From positions 480,001-544,000 of the forward strand of contig CAWGHO010000003.1 of assembly GCA_963822445.1 (NCBI GenBank): a DNA stretch of 64,000 nucleotides, read 5' to 3'. The translations under genes were made by a program, and so were the position numbers. The notes below the pieces were generated by a model. It worked only from the letters and a program-made list of their open reading frames with translations, ran no database searches and was not told where the DNA came from. This DNA is from an uncultured Acidobacteriota bacterium (GTDB lineage Bacteria > Acidobacteriota > Thermoanaerobaculia > Gp7-AA8). This document shows, piece by piece, positions 9,201 to 17,431 of the stretch; the stretch's first letter is position 1; each line of letters starts with the position of its first letter.

Positions 9201-10169
9201 TACGACACGGGCGGTCTGTACCTCGGCTACCGCGACTCGCGCCTGTACGGCGGCAAAGACGGGATCTCGCTCGGCACCGCGGTCACGATCTCCGGCGCGG
9301 CGGCCAGTCCGAACATGGGCTATCACTCCTCGCCGGCGATGGGCTTCCTCTTGACGCTCTTCAACGTCCGCCTGGGATGGTGGCTCGGCAATCCGGGCCC
9401 GAACGGTCAGGACGTCTTCCACCGCGAGCATCCCGAGACCAATCTCGGCCCGATCGTCTCGGAAATGATCGGCAAGACCAACGACCGCTACAAATGGGTG
9501 TACCTCTCCGACGGCGGCCACTTCGAGAACCTCGGCCTGTACGAGATGGTCCTCCGCCGCTGCCACTACATCGTGCTCAGCGACGCCGGCGCCGATCCCG
9601 ACTTCGCGTTCGAAGACCTCGGCAACGCCATCCGGAAGATCCGCACCGACCTCGGCGTGCCGATCGACATCGAAGAAATGTCCATGCTGCCGCGCACCGC
9701 GGACGGCCCGATGAACGAAGGCCGCTACGTCGCCACGGCCACGATCCGCTACACCGCCGTCGACGGCGAGGATGCGAAGGACGGCCTGCTGATCTATCTC
9801 AAGCCCGGCATCTATCAGGACGACTACTTCCCCCGCGACGTCTTCAACTACGCGCAGGAGTCGAAGCTCTTCCCGCACGAGCCGACCAGCGACCAGTTCT
9901 TCAGCGAATCGCAGTTCGAGAGCTACCGCGCCCTCGGCCGCCACGCCATCAACGACATCTGCTGCAACTACCCCGATCGCGCATCGACCGCGCGGCCGCG
10001 CATTCCGATCACCAAGCAGTTCCGCAACGTCCCGCACTTTGCCGAGTTCGTCGAGGACAAGGCCCGCGCCGCGCGGCCTACCGCGCCGGAACAGGTGATC
10101 GCCGATGCGATCCGGCAGATGGCGTTACGGGCTGACGCACCGGGTCCCGGAAAGGCGATCGGGGAGTGA
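6216..10169 (+). CDS. Large integral-membrane patatin/cPLA2-like phospholipase (1317 aa)
   Basis: Oxyanion motif ALCISGGGIRSA, nucleophile motif LSTVSGGGYIG and catalytic Asp motif LSDGGHFENLG; about 10 TM helices lie between the Ser and Asp halves; GGAGG SD upstream. Confidence 0.85.
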   Translation: MSSLPREVHEVLEHEYVSMYGPLECVDVRYTAEQIVDVQWVLSILRACELADDQLARHAAQAESIDAARRSLAAKLNAMVAIDPAQNPTGNRGEENRLQAEQRSILCNHLIHSPALTSIGRMLIEQYDDLFTETTSDARLQEIHRRIVDEAFSGAVKPLRDRRLAKVYEKLHARAKEDDSKARTALCISGGGIRSATFAMGVIQGLASAKILDKFDLLSTVSGGGYIGSWLSSWARRHPHGMSGVQEDLAACDSAAGWVRPADDTTHGPSRPKAKDQKIEPEPKPVRHLRDYSNYLSPRLGLFSGDAWTMAALYVRNLMLNLLVLIPVIALALAVPRFYAFFTGTTFWVPVWLYPSTTVICLFLAFRYIGMHRPVDHDTKVEQSTGNADAAYFRGCVLPLLGAAVSVTLFWADVHSGLNDLTNRYVIGAATLTALATTFWPYFVYYRRFHKSVQTSWRSNLADADALRSHLKHKKVREITGTLLGLVTAAAMVYLLATEVFNKPLQDFNDLIRIAERAPADRAGADLTPWATLYTCFAVPAMLLVFYVQATIFVGISSHRNEDHDREWWGRGGAWLLITAVAWAALSGIAVFGPVALYHAPIILGTIGGGAGILAALLGFSAKTPANKKEKEDAGATAKAGNAALGLATPLFALFFLALISLATTWLTHQAKPVAESDKWESKKYALDSQLQSKAVRTRSSRQHENVQIQDESPLASRVSLPELRAFAHYRTVATTEHWELLILLAVAGLAYWLSRSIGVNKFSMHALYRNRLIRAYLGASRYARNAHPFTGFDEKDDLQMYRLRPELLWPNDLVNPLAFFDQLKEGARKTQTGLEGKLLGKRKLAQHLWTRFYATTQKQILAGKVNRDAIDSVVHNINAILVDDSQHLEDVPDLGLPADFWARRVNGCIPHPPLLRNRAVLDHFLGDVISPMARPKDAPPDETAMTRGDETLSKLGKGSITRGPLHIVNVALNLVGGDKLAWQQRKAAPFTVSPYDTGGLYLGYRDSRLYGGKDGISLGTAVTISGAAASPNMGYHSSPAMGFLLTLFNVRLGWWLGNPGPNGQDVFHREHPETNLGPIVSEMIGKTNDRYKWVYLSDGGHFENLGLYEMVLRRCHYIVLSDAGADPDFAFEDLGNAIRKIRTDLGVPIDIEEMSMLPRTADGPMNEGRYVATATIRYTAVDGEDAKDGLLIYLKPGIYQDDYFPRDVFNYAQESKLFPHEPTSDQFFSESQFESYRALGRHAINDICCNYPDRASTARPRIPITKQFRNVPHFAEFVEDKARAARPTAPEQVIADAIRQMALRADAPGPGKAIGE

Positions 10170-10589
10170 CAGCCGCGAAGGCAGTGCCGCCAGCATCAAC
10201 CCGATGCCTGCGGTGAACAGCGAGAGGTAGAGCGCTGTCCACCGCAGCGTCGCGGCGCGCAACGACATCGCGCCATGCGCCGCGGCCACGCGTACGTCGA
10301 AGATCGTGCCGCCGATCGTCTTTCCCCAGAGCAGCCACGAACCGACGAAGTAGTAGTACGACATGACCACCACGAAGCCGGCCAGCGCGGCGTAGTGAAT
10401 CCAGGTCGAAGGCTGCGGGAGGAGGGGAGAGAGCGCGAGCGTGAGAGCCGCGAACAGGGAGAGGTCGGCGAGCAGTGCCAGGAGCCGCTTTCCTCGTGGA
10501 GCCGCATCGCCTGTTTCCAGCGGCTCGGGCTCGGGTGCGATCACATCGATCAGCGGTACGGCCTCGAGCTCAATCTCATCGAATCGCAT
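10125..10589 (-). CDS. RDD family membrane protein
   Basis: APRGKRLLALLAD, GKTIGG.IFDVRV, ATLRW and PDRLSGTRCV motifs. The 3' end overlaps the lipase gene by 45 nt. Confidence 0.85.
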   Translation of the reverse strand: MRFDEIELEAVPLIDVIAPEPEPLETGDAAPRGKRLLALLADLSLFAALTLALSPLLPQPSTWIHYAALAGFVVVMSYYYFVGSWLLWGKTIGGTIFDVRVAAAHGAMSLRAATLRWTALYLSLFTAGIGLMLAALPSRLSLPDRLSGTRCVSP

Positions 10590-10606
10590 GTCCACCCTCC
10601 CAGCCC

Positions 10607-10695
10607 AGTGATTAGTGGTTAGTCGTTAGTGATTAGTAGGGCGCAAACGCCGTTCCGCGCTGCTACTAATCACTAATCACTATCCACTAATCACT
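10607..10695. repeat. Inverted repeat built from tandem heptamers (TAGTGAT-like), forming a long hairpin
   Basis: Arm 10607-10639 (agtgattagtggttagtcgttagtgattagtag) pairs with arm 10663-10695 (ctactaatcactaatcactatccactaatcact): 33 bp with 3 mismatches and a 23-nt spacer. Confidence 0.9.
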
Positions 10696-10697
10696 TC

Positions 10698-12845
10698 TCA
10701 CGTGCCCTGCCTCAACGGCAGATATTTTACGTAGATCTTGTACAGCAGGTCCTTGTTCTTGCCTTCGTAACGAAGGGCGAGCTCGCGGCTGCGCTTGGCG
10801 ATCTCGTCGTTCGGATCCACTTTCAGCACTTCGTCGAAGGCGCGCACGGCCTCTTCGACCTTCTCTTCCTGCAGCGCGATTGCGCCGAGATTGAAGTAGG
10901 CGTCGTTGATCATCCGGCGGATGTTCTGGTTCTGCGGATCCTCGGCGAGAAGCGGCTGCAGGCTGGCCAGCGCTTCCCCGTACTTGCGCTCCGCGAACAG
11001 CGCCTTGGCCGCGTCGAGCTTCGCCAACTTTTCTGACGCGCGGTCGTAGAGCTCCTGCAGCTCCGGCGTCAGCGGCTTGACGTTGCGGGCTTCATCGAAG
11101 GCCGCCTTCGCTCCCGCGAAGTCATTCGCGGCGATCGCCGCCTGTGCCGCCGCAACTTTCGAGGCGAAGTACTGATCCGGCGACATTCCGGCGATCGTCT
11201 CGCCGGCCTTGGCTTTCTTCTGCTGCAGGTCGGCGATCATCTCCAGCGCCTTGTCGTGCTCCGGATCGTCCGGTTTGATGTCCTGAAGCGCGGCGATGGC
11301 CTGGTCGTACTTGCCCTGCGAAGCGAGCATCGAGGCCCGCGCGAAGATCGACTGCGTCTGGGCCGGATCGGCGGCCGGCTTGTTCATGAACCGGTTCCAG
11401 ACGAAATAACCGCCGCCGCCCAGAACGAGCAGCGCCAGCACCGCGGCAATGGCTCCCATCGGCAGTTTCCTGCCGCCGGTCGAGGCTGCTGCTGCCTTCG
11501 CTTTGGCCGTGGCTGCGGCTGCGGCTTTTTTCCCGGCGGGAGTCGAGACATCCGGTGGGATCAGCGGCGCTTCGACGCCTTCCGGTAACGGCTCTTCGTC
11601 GAAGAAGCCGAGGTCGATCTTGTCCTCCATCGGCGGAGGAACGAAATCGCCGACGGTGCCCCCCGCGCCGCCTTCGACAGGCTCGTTGATCCGCTCCATG
11701 TAGTCCTGCGCCGCGACGTTGTTCGGATCGATGCGCAGCACCTCGGCCAGCTCGACGCGCGCTCGATTCATGTCCTTGCGGTCGTAAGCGGTGATCGCCG
11801 AACCGAGAAGCGTTTCGACCTTGCTCTCGATCTCGCGGCGGCGCGCCTTCGCGCGCTCGATGCGGTCCGAGGCCTGGTCGTTGGTGACGTCGATGAGGAA
11901 GATGCGCGACCAGAGATCGATGGCCTGCTGGTAATCGCCGGCGTCGAAAGCCCGGTCGCCGTCGGTCAGATATTGCTGGATCTTTTGCTGATCGTCGGGG
12001 GTCGATGAGACCGAGGCTGTCGCGAAATCGAAGTCACCTGCCGGTGCTGCGGGTGCGTCGAACGTGAATGCGCCGCCGGACGGTGCCGAGGGTGCAGCGC
12101 CTCCGCCGAACGAGAAGTTCTCGAACGCGTTTTCAGACACCGACTGGGCCGGCGGATCAAACGAAAACCCCGAGAACGATTGGGCGGCAGGTGCCGGCTT
12201 GTCTTCTTCGAAGGTGAAGCCGAAGTCCGATGCGGGTGCGGCAGCGCGGCCGGTGGCCTGCTGCGCGCGATCGTCGACGACGAACGAAGGCGTCGCGGAG
12301 CGCGGTCCTTCGGATTCCTTCACGGCGATCGCTTTGCTGATGCGAATCACTTCCGGGTGCGTCGCGTCGAGCGCGCGTGCCTTTTCGATGTCCGTGCGCG
12401 CGCCGGCGAGATTGCCGCTGGCCAGGTACTGATCGCACTTGCGGACGAACTGGTCGACGAACGGCGCGGCTTCGAGCTTCTCGCGCGCTTCGTCGCCGAG
12501 GATGCGAGCCTCGTCGTTCATCAGATCGTTGGTGAGGACCTCCGTCGTGGCCTGGATGACCCGTTCGAAATCGCGCGCGGCCATGGCCTGGCGGGCCTGA
12601 TCGAGCGGCGACGCGGTCTCGGCGGGAAGGAGTGAATCGACGTCGATCGGCGCCCCGGGATTGCGCACTTTTTCCAGCAGTTTCTTCGCCGGATCGAACA
12701 CCGGATCCATCTGCAGCAGGAGGTTGCAACCGGCGACGACCTCGTCCGGGCGGCCCTGGTGGTAGAGGGCGAGCGTCTGCCGGAACGTCGAGACGACCCG
12801 GTCTTTCACTGGGCCGGCGAGCGAGGGATTTCCTGGATAAGTCAT
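10698..12845 (-). CDS. Bitopic membrane TPR-repeat protein (~715 aa)
   Basis: TPR-like helices on both sides of one TM segment (MGAIAAVLALLVLGGGGYFVW) and acidic Phe/Pro-rich linkers. Start taken at ATG 12845 (MTYPGNPSL). Confidence 0.8.
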   Translation of the reverse strand: MTYPGNPSLAGPVKDRVVSTFRQTLALYHQGRPDEVVAGCNLLLQMDPVFDPAKKLLEKVRNPGAPIDVDSLLPAETASPLDQARQAMAARDFERVIQATTEVLTNDLMNDEARILGDEAREKLEAAPFVDQFVRKCDQYLASGNLAGARTDIEKARALDATHPEVIRISKAIAVKESEGPRSATPSFVVDDRAQQATGRAAAPASDFGFTFEEDKPAPAAQSFSGFSFDPPAQSVSENAFENFSFGGGAAPSAPSGGAFTFDAPAAPAGDFDFATASVSSTPDDQQKIQQYLTDGDRAFDAGDYQQAIDLWSRIFLIDVTNDQASDRIERAKARRREIESKVETLLGSAITAYDRKDMNRARVELAEVLRIDPNNVAAQDYMERINEPVEGGAGGTVGDFVPPPMEDKIDLGFFDEEPLPEGVEAPLIPPDVSTPAGKKAAAAATAKAKAAAASTGGRKLPMGAIAAVLALLVLGGGGYFVWNRFMNKPAADPAQTQSIFARASMLASQGKYDQAIAALQDIKPDDPEHDKALEMIADLQQKKAKAGETIAGMSPDQYFASKVAAAQAAIAANDFAGAKAAFDEARNVKPLTPELQELYDRASEKLAKLDAAKALFAERKYGEALASLQPLLAEDPQNQNIRRMINDAYFNLGAIALQEEKVEEAVRAFDEVLKVDPNDEIAKRSRELALRYEGKNKDLLYKIYVKYLPLRQGT

Positions 12846-12894
12846 GGGTCGCGCGATTATAGCTATACTGCGCCGCCTGAAAGGATTGCCGCGA
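12846..12894. promoter_or_regulatory. Back-to-back -10 boxes of divergent promoters
   Basis: TATAAT on the minus strand (12861-12856) and TATACT on the plus strand (12864-12869) within a 49-bp gap. Confidence 0.6.
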
Positions 12895-13269
12895 ATGGAC
12901 TTCGTTGCCACAGATTCCGCGCCGAAAGCGATCGGCCCTTACTCACAAGCGGTGAAGGCAAACGGCCTCGTTTACACGTCGGGCCAGATCGCGCTCGATC
13001 CCGCCAGCGGCAACCTCGTGACCGACAGTTTCGAGGCGCAGGTCCGCCGCGTTTTCCAGAATCTCGAAGCGGTGCTGCTCGGCGCGGGGAGCGATTTCAG
13101 CCGCGTCATCAAGGCCACTGTCTACCTCACCGATCTCGCGAACTTTCAGGCGCTGAATACGATCTACGCCGAGGTCTTTGGCGATCACAAGCCGGCGCGA
13201 ACGACGGTCGGCGTGTCGCAGCTGCCGAAGGGCGCGGCCGTCGAGATCGATCTGATCGCGCTGACGTAG
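12895..13269 (+). CDS. ridA: RidA/YjgF family enamine/imine deaminase
   Basis: APKAIGPYSQAV, YTSGQIALDP and PARTTVGVSQLPKGAAVEIDLIA, including the catalytic Arg; 124 aa from ATG 12895. Confidence 0.92.
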   Translation: MDFVATDSAPKAIGPYSQAVKANGLVYTSGQIALDPASGNLVTDSFEAQVRRVFQNLEAVLLGAGSDFSRVIKATVYLTDLANFQALNTIYAEVFGDHKPARTTVGVSQLPKGAAVEIDLIALT

Positions 13270-13272
13270 CTT

Positions 13273-14445
13273 TTGCGCGCGCCGCCGCGTCTCACTCCCG
13301 TGGCCTTCGTTCGGCTCCTCCTGCTCGCTGTCGGACTTCTGAATCTGCGCGGATGCTTCACGCCGTTGTGTGACGCCGTCCGGCGCTATGAGACGAAGGT
13401 CATCGCGACGCGCACGGGCGATCAGTTGCTGCGCGATGCCGCGCGCACGGCCGGCGGCGATCTCCTCCTCGACATGGGAATCGGCTACCTGCCGCCCGAG
13501 TATCACCACACCGTCGTGCGCGCGAACGATGTGTACGGACCGCAGGAACTGGCGAAGTTCAAGCTGACGGACCACTACGGCTCCGGCGTGGTCGCGGCGG
13601 GGGAGTCCTGGTGGTATTCGATCGCCGGACGGCGCGACGGTAAGAGCGAGTCGGGCGTCTTTTTCGCGACTCCCGAGGTGACGTTCGTTGCGGTCGACGA
13701 GATCCACAGCGCCGAGTGGCTGCCGCTCGATGACGAGGAACCGCGCGGACTGCTCGTCGGCCACGACCGCGACGGGTTGCGCGCGGTTGAAGTCACCCGC
13801 GAAGGTGTGCGCCGCCAGTGGCCGCTGCCGATGCAGATCGCCGTGGCTTCGGTCTGGCGCTCGGCCGAACGGCTCGACGGCGGCGCGATCGCCCTCGTGT
13901 ACTTCGACCACGCCGAAAGCAGGATCGTTCTGGAGATGCTCGACGGAGACGAGCCGGTGCGCACCGTGTTGCGAGGGAACCCGTCCTGGTCGCACGTCCG
14001 GCTGACGACCGCGCTGTCGGCTGACGGCATGCTCGCGGTCGTCCTGGAATCGAAATCAGGCGAGCTCGAGGCCGCGGTCTTCGATCCGCGCAATCCGGGC
14101 GAGTTGAAGTGGCAGCGTCTTACGGCGAAGGATGAGTCGGGGCGCTATCCGCGGGTGATCTTTCACGACGGGAAGTTCATCGCCGCCTGGCTGGCCTCGA
14201 CGAAGGAGCTGCGCGCCCGGACGTTTACCGCCGAAGGCACCGGTCCGGCAGGCACCATCGCCCCGTTGGTACAGCGCGGAACCCGAGATCCGGCGATCAC
14301 GATCATCCCCGACGGGGAGGAGCTGCTCTTCCTCTGGCAGGCGGACGAAGTGATGGTCCGAAGGGTGCCCGAGGACTTTGCCGGGCTCTGGTTTGTGGAG
14401 CAGCTTTGCCAGTTATTTGGTGGCACCTCGGTTGCAGCTCGGTGA
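13273..14445 (+). CDS. Hypothetical exported or membrane-anchored protein, beta-rich
   Basis: Hydrophobic N-terminus and strong coding bias; fills the gap between ridA and the matrixin gene. Start uncertain. Confidence 0.65.
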   Translation: MRAPPRLTPVAFVRLLLLAVGLLNLRGCFTPLCDAVRRYETKVIATRTGDQLLRDAARTAGGDLLLDMGIGYLPPEYHHTVVRANDVYGPQELAKFKLTDHYGSGVVAAGESWWYSIAGRRDGKSESGVFFATPEVTFVAVDEIHSAEWLPLDDEEPRGLLVGHDRDGLRAVEVTREGVRRQWPLPMQIAVASVWRSAERLDGGAIALVYFDHAESRIVLEMLDGDEPVRTVLRGNPSWSHVRLTTALSADGMLAVVLESKSGELEAAVFDPRNPGELKWQRLTAKDESGRYPRVIFHDGKFIAAWLASTKELRARTFTAEGTGPAGTIAPLVQRGTRDPAITIIPDGEELLFLWQADEVMVRRVPEDFAGLWFVEQLCQLFGGTSVAAR

Positions 14446-14452
14446 GATCACC

Positions 14453-15730
14453 ATGTCCCTGCGGATCCCGGTGGCCCTTCTCGCGTTACTCCTTACGATT
14501 CCGGCACTTGCGTCGACCCGGCTGACGTACGACATCCAGGGGACGCCGACCGCCCTGGAATGGGCGCCGACGTCGTTCCCGCTGCAGTACGAGATCGACC
14601 AGCGGCTGATTCAATCGCGGGCCAATGCCCAGTCGCTCGTCGACGGCGCGTTTGCCGCCTGGAGCGAGCTCCCCGAGACGAACATCCAGTTCGAGACTCT
14701 CGGCACCACCAACAGCATCTCCGACACGAGCGCCGGCCGGATCGTGGTCTCGCTTGCCGACGATCTCTTCAAAGGTCAGGGCGCGCTGGCCATGACTACC
14801 TACAGCTTCGATCGCACCACCGGGCACTTCACCGACGCCGACATCATGGTCGACCCGTCGCTGCTCACCGGAAACTTCAACTTCCAGATGGCCCTGCAGC
14901 ACGAGATCGGTCACGTCCTCGGCCTCGATCACTCCGGCGTCATCTCCGCGGTCATGTATCCGTTCCTCAGCAGCGGCGACGCGCCGGCGGCGTTCGACAG
15001 CGATGACCGTATCGGCATCGCCATGACCTATCCGAAGAGCGATCCCACGCTGAACGGCGCGACGCTGACGGGGCGGGTGATGGGCGCCACTGGCGCGATT
15101 TTCGGCGCGCAGGTCGTTGCGGTCAGCGATCGCGGCCAGCCGATGGCCACCGCACTGACCAACGCCAACGGCGATTTCACGCTCGCCGGCATTCCTGCGG
15201 GCGCGTATCGCATCTACGCGGAGCCGCTCGACGGTCCCGTCGATCCGAAGTCGCTGCGCGGCACCTGGCGCGGCGCGAGCTCCATCTCCTTCCCGACGCA
15301 GTTCTTCGGTGAGACGCCGCTCGTCGTCGAGAGCGGTCGCGTGTACGGCAACCTCGTCGTCACCGCCGCGGGCGGCATGGGCCTCAATCCGAAATGGATC
15401 GGCGCCGGCGCCTCGACCTCGCACACGATGAGTCTCGGCACCACGCCGGCAACGGTGTATCCCGGCCAGGCGGTGAAGCTCGCCGTCGGCGGCGACGGCT
15501 TCACCAGCGGCATGACCGAGTTCGAAGTGCTCAATCCCGGCTTCCGCCGCGTCGGCAACTTCGAATACGCCTCGAACTACGTGACCGCGCAGTTCGTGAT
15601 CGAGCCCGACGCCACCGCGGGCTCAGCAGTCGTGCTCGTGAAGAGCGGCAACGACGTCGCCACGCTCACGGGTGCGCTGAAAGTGCATCGCGCCGCGGCG
15701 TCGCCAAAAGGGCGAGCCGTCAGGCGCTGA
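14453..15730 (+). CDS. Secreted matrixin (M10-like) zinc metalloprotease with carboxypeptidase-regulatory-like and Ig-like domains
   Basis: Signal peptide MSLRIPVALLALLLTIPALA, zinc motif HEIGHVLGLDHS, Met-turn AVMYP, a LTGRV..GAQVVA..TNANGDFTLAGIPAGAYRIYAEP domain, and a basic tail KGRAVRR. Confidence 0.9.
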   Translation: MSLRIPVALLALLLTIPALASTRLTYDIQGTPTALEWAPTSFPLQYEIDQRLIQSRANAQSLVDGAFAAWSELPETNIQFETLGTTNSISDTSAGRIVVSLADDLFKGQGALAMTTYSFDRTTGHFTDADIMVDPSLLTGNFNFQMALQHEIGHVLGLDHSGVISAVMYPFLSSGDAPAAFDSDDRIGIAMTYPKSDPTLNGATLTGRVMGATGAIFGAQVVAVSDRGQPMATALTNANGDFTLAGIPAGAYRIYAEPLDGPVDPKSLRGTWRGASSISFPTQFFGETPLVVESGRVYGNLVVTAAGGMGLNPKWIGAGASTSHTMSLGTTPATVYPGQAVKLAVGGDGFTSGMTEFEVLNPGFRRVGNFEYASNYVTAQFVIEPDATAGSAVVLVKSGNDVATLTGALKVHRAAASPKGRAVRR

Positions 15731-15861
15731 TCGCCGCCCTCTCCGGTACGGGCATACGGCATTCCTGAAATCTTATGTATCAGGATTGACGGAATTCGTC
15801 TGCGAACGTACGTTTGGAGCGCCCCAGGCGCAGTCCGAACCAGCGACGTGGAGAACCTGTC

Positions 15862-17424
15862 ATGGCGGAGTGGGAGCGCGATCAGCCCCGGATCGATGCG
15901 GCGATGGACGTTCTGTTCAAGATCCCGGGCGTCCATATGGTCTATGTCGGGCGGCGGTACCGCGACGGCCGGCCGACCGAGGAAGCGGCGCTGTGCGTCC
16001 TGGTGCGGCTGAAAAAGTCGATCGATCAGGTTGCGCCGAGCGAGCGCGTCCCTCGCGAAGTGGCCGGCATACCAACCGATGTCATGGAGGCCGATCCGCC
16101 GCGCCAGGTCCAGACCAAGCCCGATACCGATTACCTGCAGCCGAGCCAGGAGGACCTTCCGACCACTGACGACGAGGAGTACGCGCGTCTTCGCGGCGGC
16201 ATCCGCTGCGAAGGCGGCGGCGGCTCGGGGACGCTCGGATGTCTGGCCCGCGCCACCGACGCCCAGAATATGGACAAGCTCGTCCTTCTATCCAACTACC
16301 ACGTTCTGGTGAACAAGGGATCGGGGGAGGGGACGACGGTGTACCAGCCTCGCAGCAGTTGCTGCTGCTGCGGACGGAAGGTCGGCACCGTGCTCCGCTC
16401 GCGGAAAACCAACACCGGCGCGTTCTTCAAGCAGGCGTCGCAGCCCGCGACCATCGACGCCGCCATCGCCCTCATCAATCCCGGGATCGAGTGCCTCGGC
16501 GAGATGCAGACCGGCACGGGCAGCGGCAGTCCGTCGGAGCTCATCACTGGCGTTCGTCCCGATGCCTCGATCACTACCGGGCTGGCCGTCCGGAAACGCG
16601 GCAGCCGCTCCGGTCCGACACCCGGCACCATCGAATCGCGCACCGGCACCTCGCACAGCTCGACCGACACTCCTAAAGACAAAGACCAGGCGTTCCGGCG
16701 CCAACTCGTCATCGATCCGTGGGACCACACCACGATGACGGGCGTCCACCGCTTCACAGCGGGCGGTGATTCCGGCTCCGCGGTCATGACCCAGACCGGA
16801 GGTGAAATCGTCGGCCTGCTCTGGGGCGGCTTCGTGTTCCGGCCGAACGCCGGCACCGACAATCCGGTCGTGGTCAAGGGCATCGTCTCGAACATCCACG
16901 AAGTCACGACCGCCCTCAACATCAGCATCCTCACCGCGACCGCGCTCAACCAGGTCCAGACGAATCCCGCCGCCGACCCGGTCCCTCCCGCCGACGCTTT
17001 CGCTCCCCAGCCGCTGCCGCAACCGATCGGGCGGACGATGCTCGATCAGGCCCGGCTCGACATCGAGCGCACCGTTCACGGCCGCGCGTACGCGGAGCTC
17101 ATCCGCCGCCATCATTCCGAGGTGTGGCGGCTGGTGCGGGAGAACCGCCGCGTCGGCGCGATCTGGAAACGCTACGGCGGACAGACGCTCGTACAGGCGC
17201 TGATCAACGCCGTCGCCCGTCCCGATGAGCCCATCCCTGCGACGATCGGCGCGCGTCCGGTCGACCAGTCCACGGCGCGCATCGCCGCGATGCTCAAGCG
17301 TTACGGCAGCGCCGCGCTCGCGCGCGACGTCGACGCCTACGAACGGGGCATCGTCGGCCTCTGCGGCTGCACTTACAACGATCTGCTGGCGCGACTGCGC
17401 GCCGGCGAGCCGGTGATGAGCTGA
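15862..17424 (+). CDS. Trypsin-like (S1, Nal1-type) serine protease with N-terminal prodomain-like region and C-terminal helical domain (~520 aa)
   Basis: GTLGC..LLSNYHVL (His), IDAAIALI (Asp) and GGDSGS (Ser); GGAG SD before ATG 15862; no signal peptide. Confidence 0.85.
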   Translation: MAEWERDQPRIDAAMDVLFKIPGVHMVYVGRRYRDGRPTEEAALCVLVRLKKSIDQVAPSERVPREVAGIPTDVMEADPPRQVQTKPDTDYLQPSQEDLPTTDDEEYARLRGGIRCEGGGGSGTLGCLARATDAQNMDKLVLLSNYHVLVNKGSGEGTTVYQPRSSCCCCGRKVGTVLRSRKTNTGAFFKQASQPATIDAAIALINPGIECLGEMQTGTGSGSPSELITGVRPDASITTGLAVRKRGSRSGPTPGTIESRTGTSHSSTDTPKDKDQAFRRQLVIDPWDHTTMTGVHRFTAGGDSGSAVMTQTGGEIVGLLWGGFVFRPNAGTDNPVVVKGIVSNIHEVTTALNISILTATALNQVQTNPAADPVPPADAFAPQPLPQPIGRTMLDQARLDIERTVHGRAYAELIRRHHSEVWRLVRENRRVGAIWKRYGGQTLVQALINAVARPDEPIPATIGARPVDQSTARIAAMLKRYGSAALARDVDAYERGIVGLCGCTYNDLLARLRAGEPVMS

Positions 17425-17431
17425 GAACCCC

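Noticed and set aside
10607-10695. CRISPR array
   Set aside because: The units are 7 bp, contiguous and inverted, with no spacers and no cas genes.
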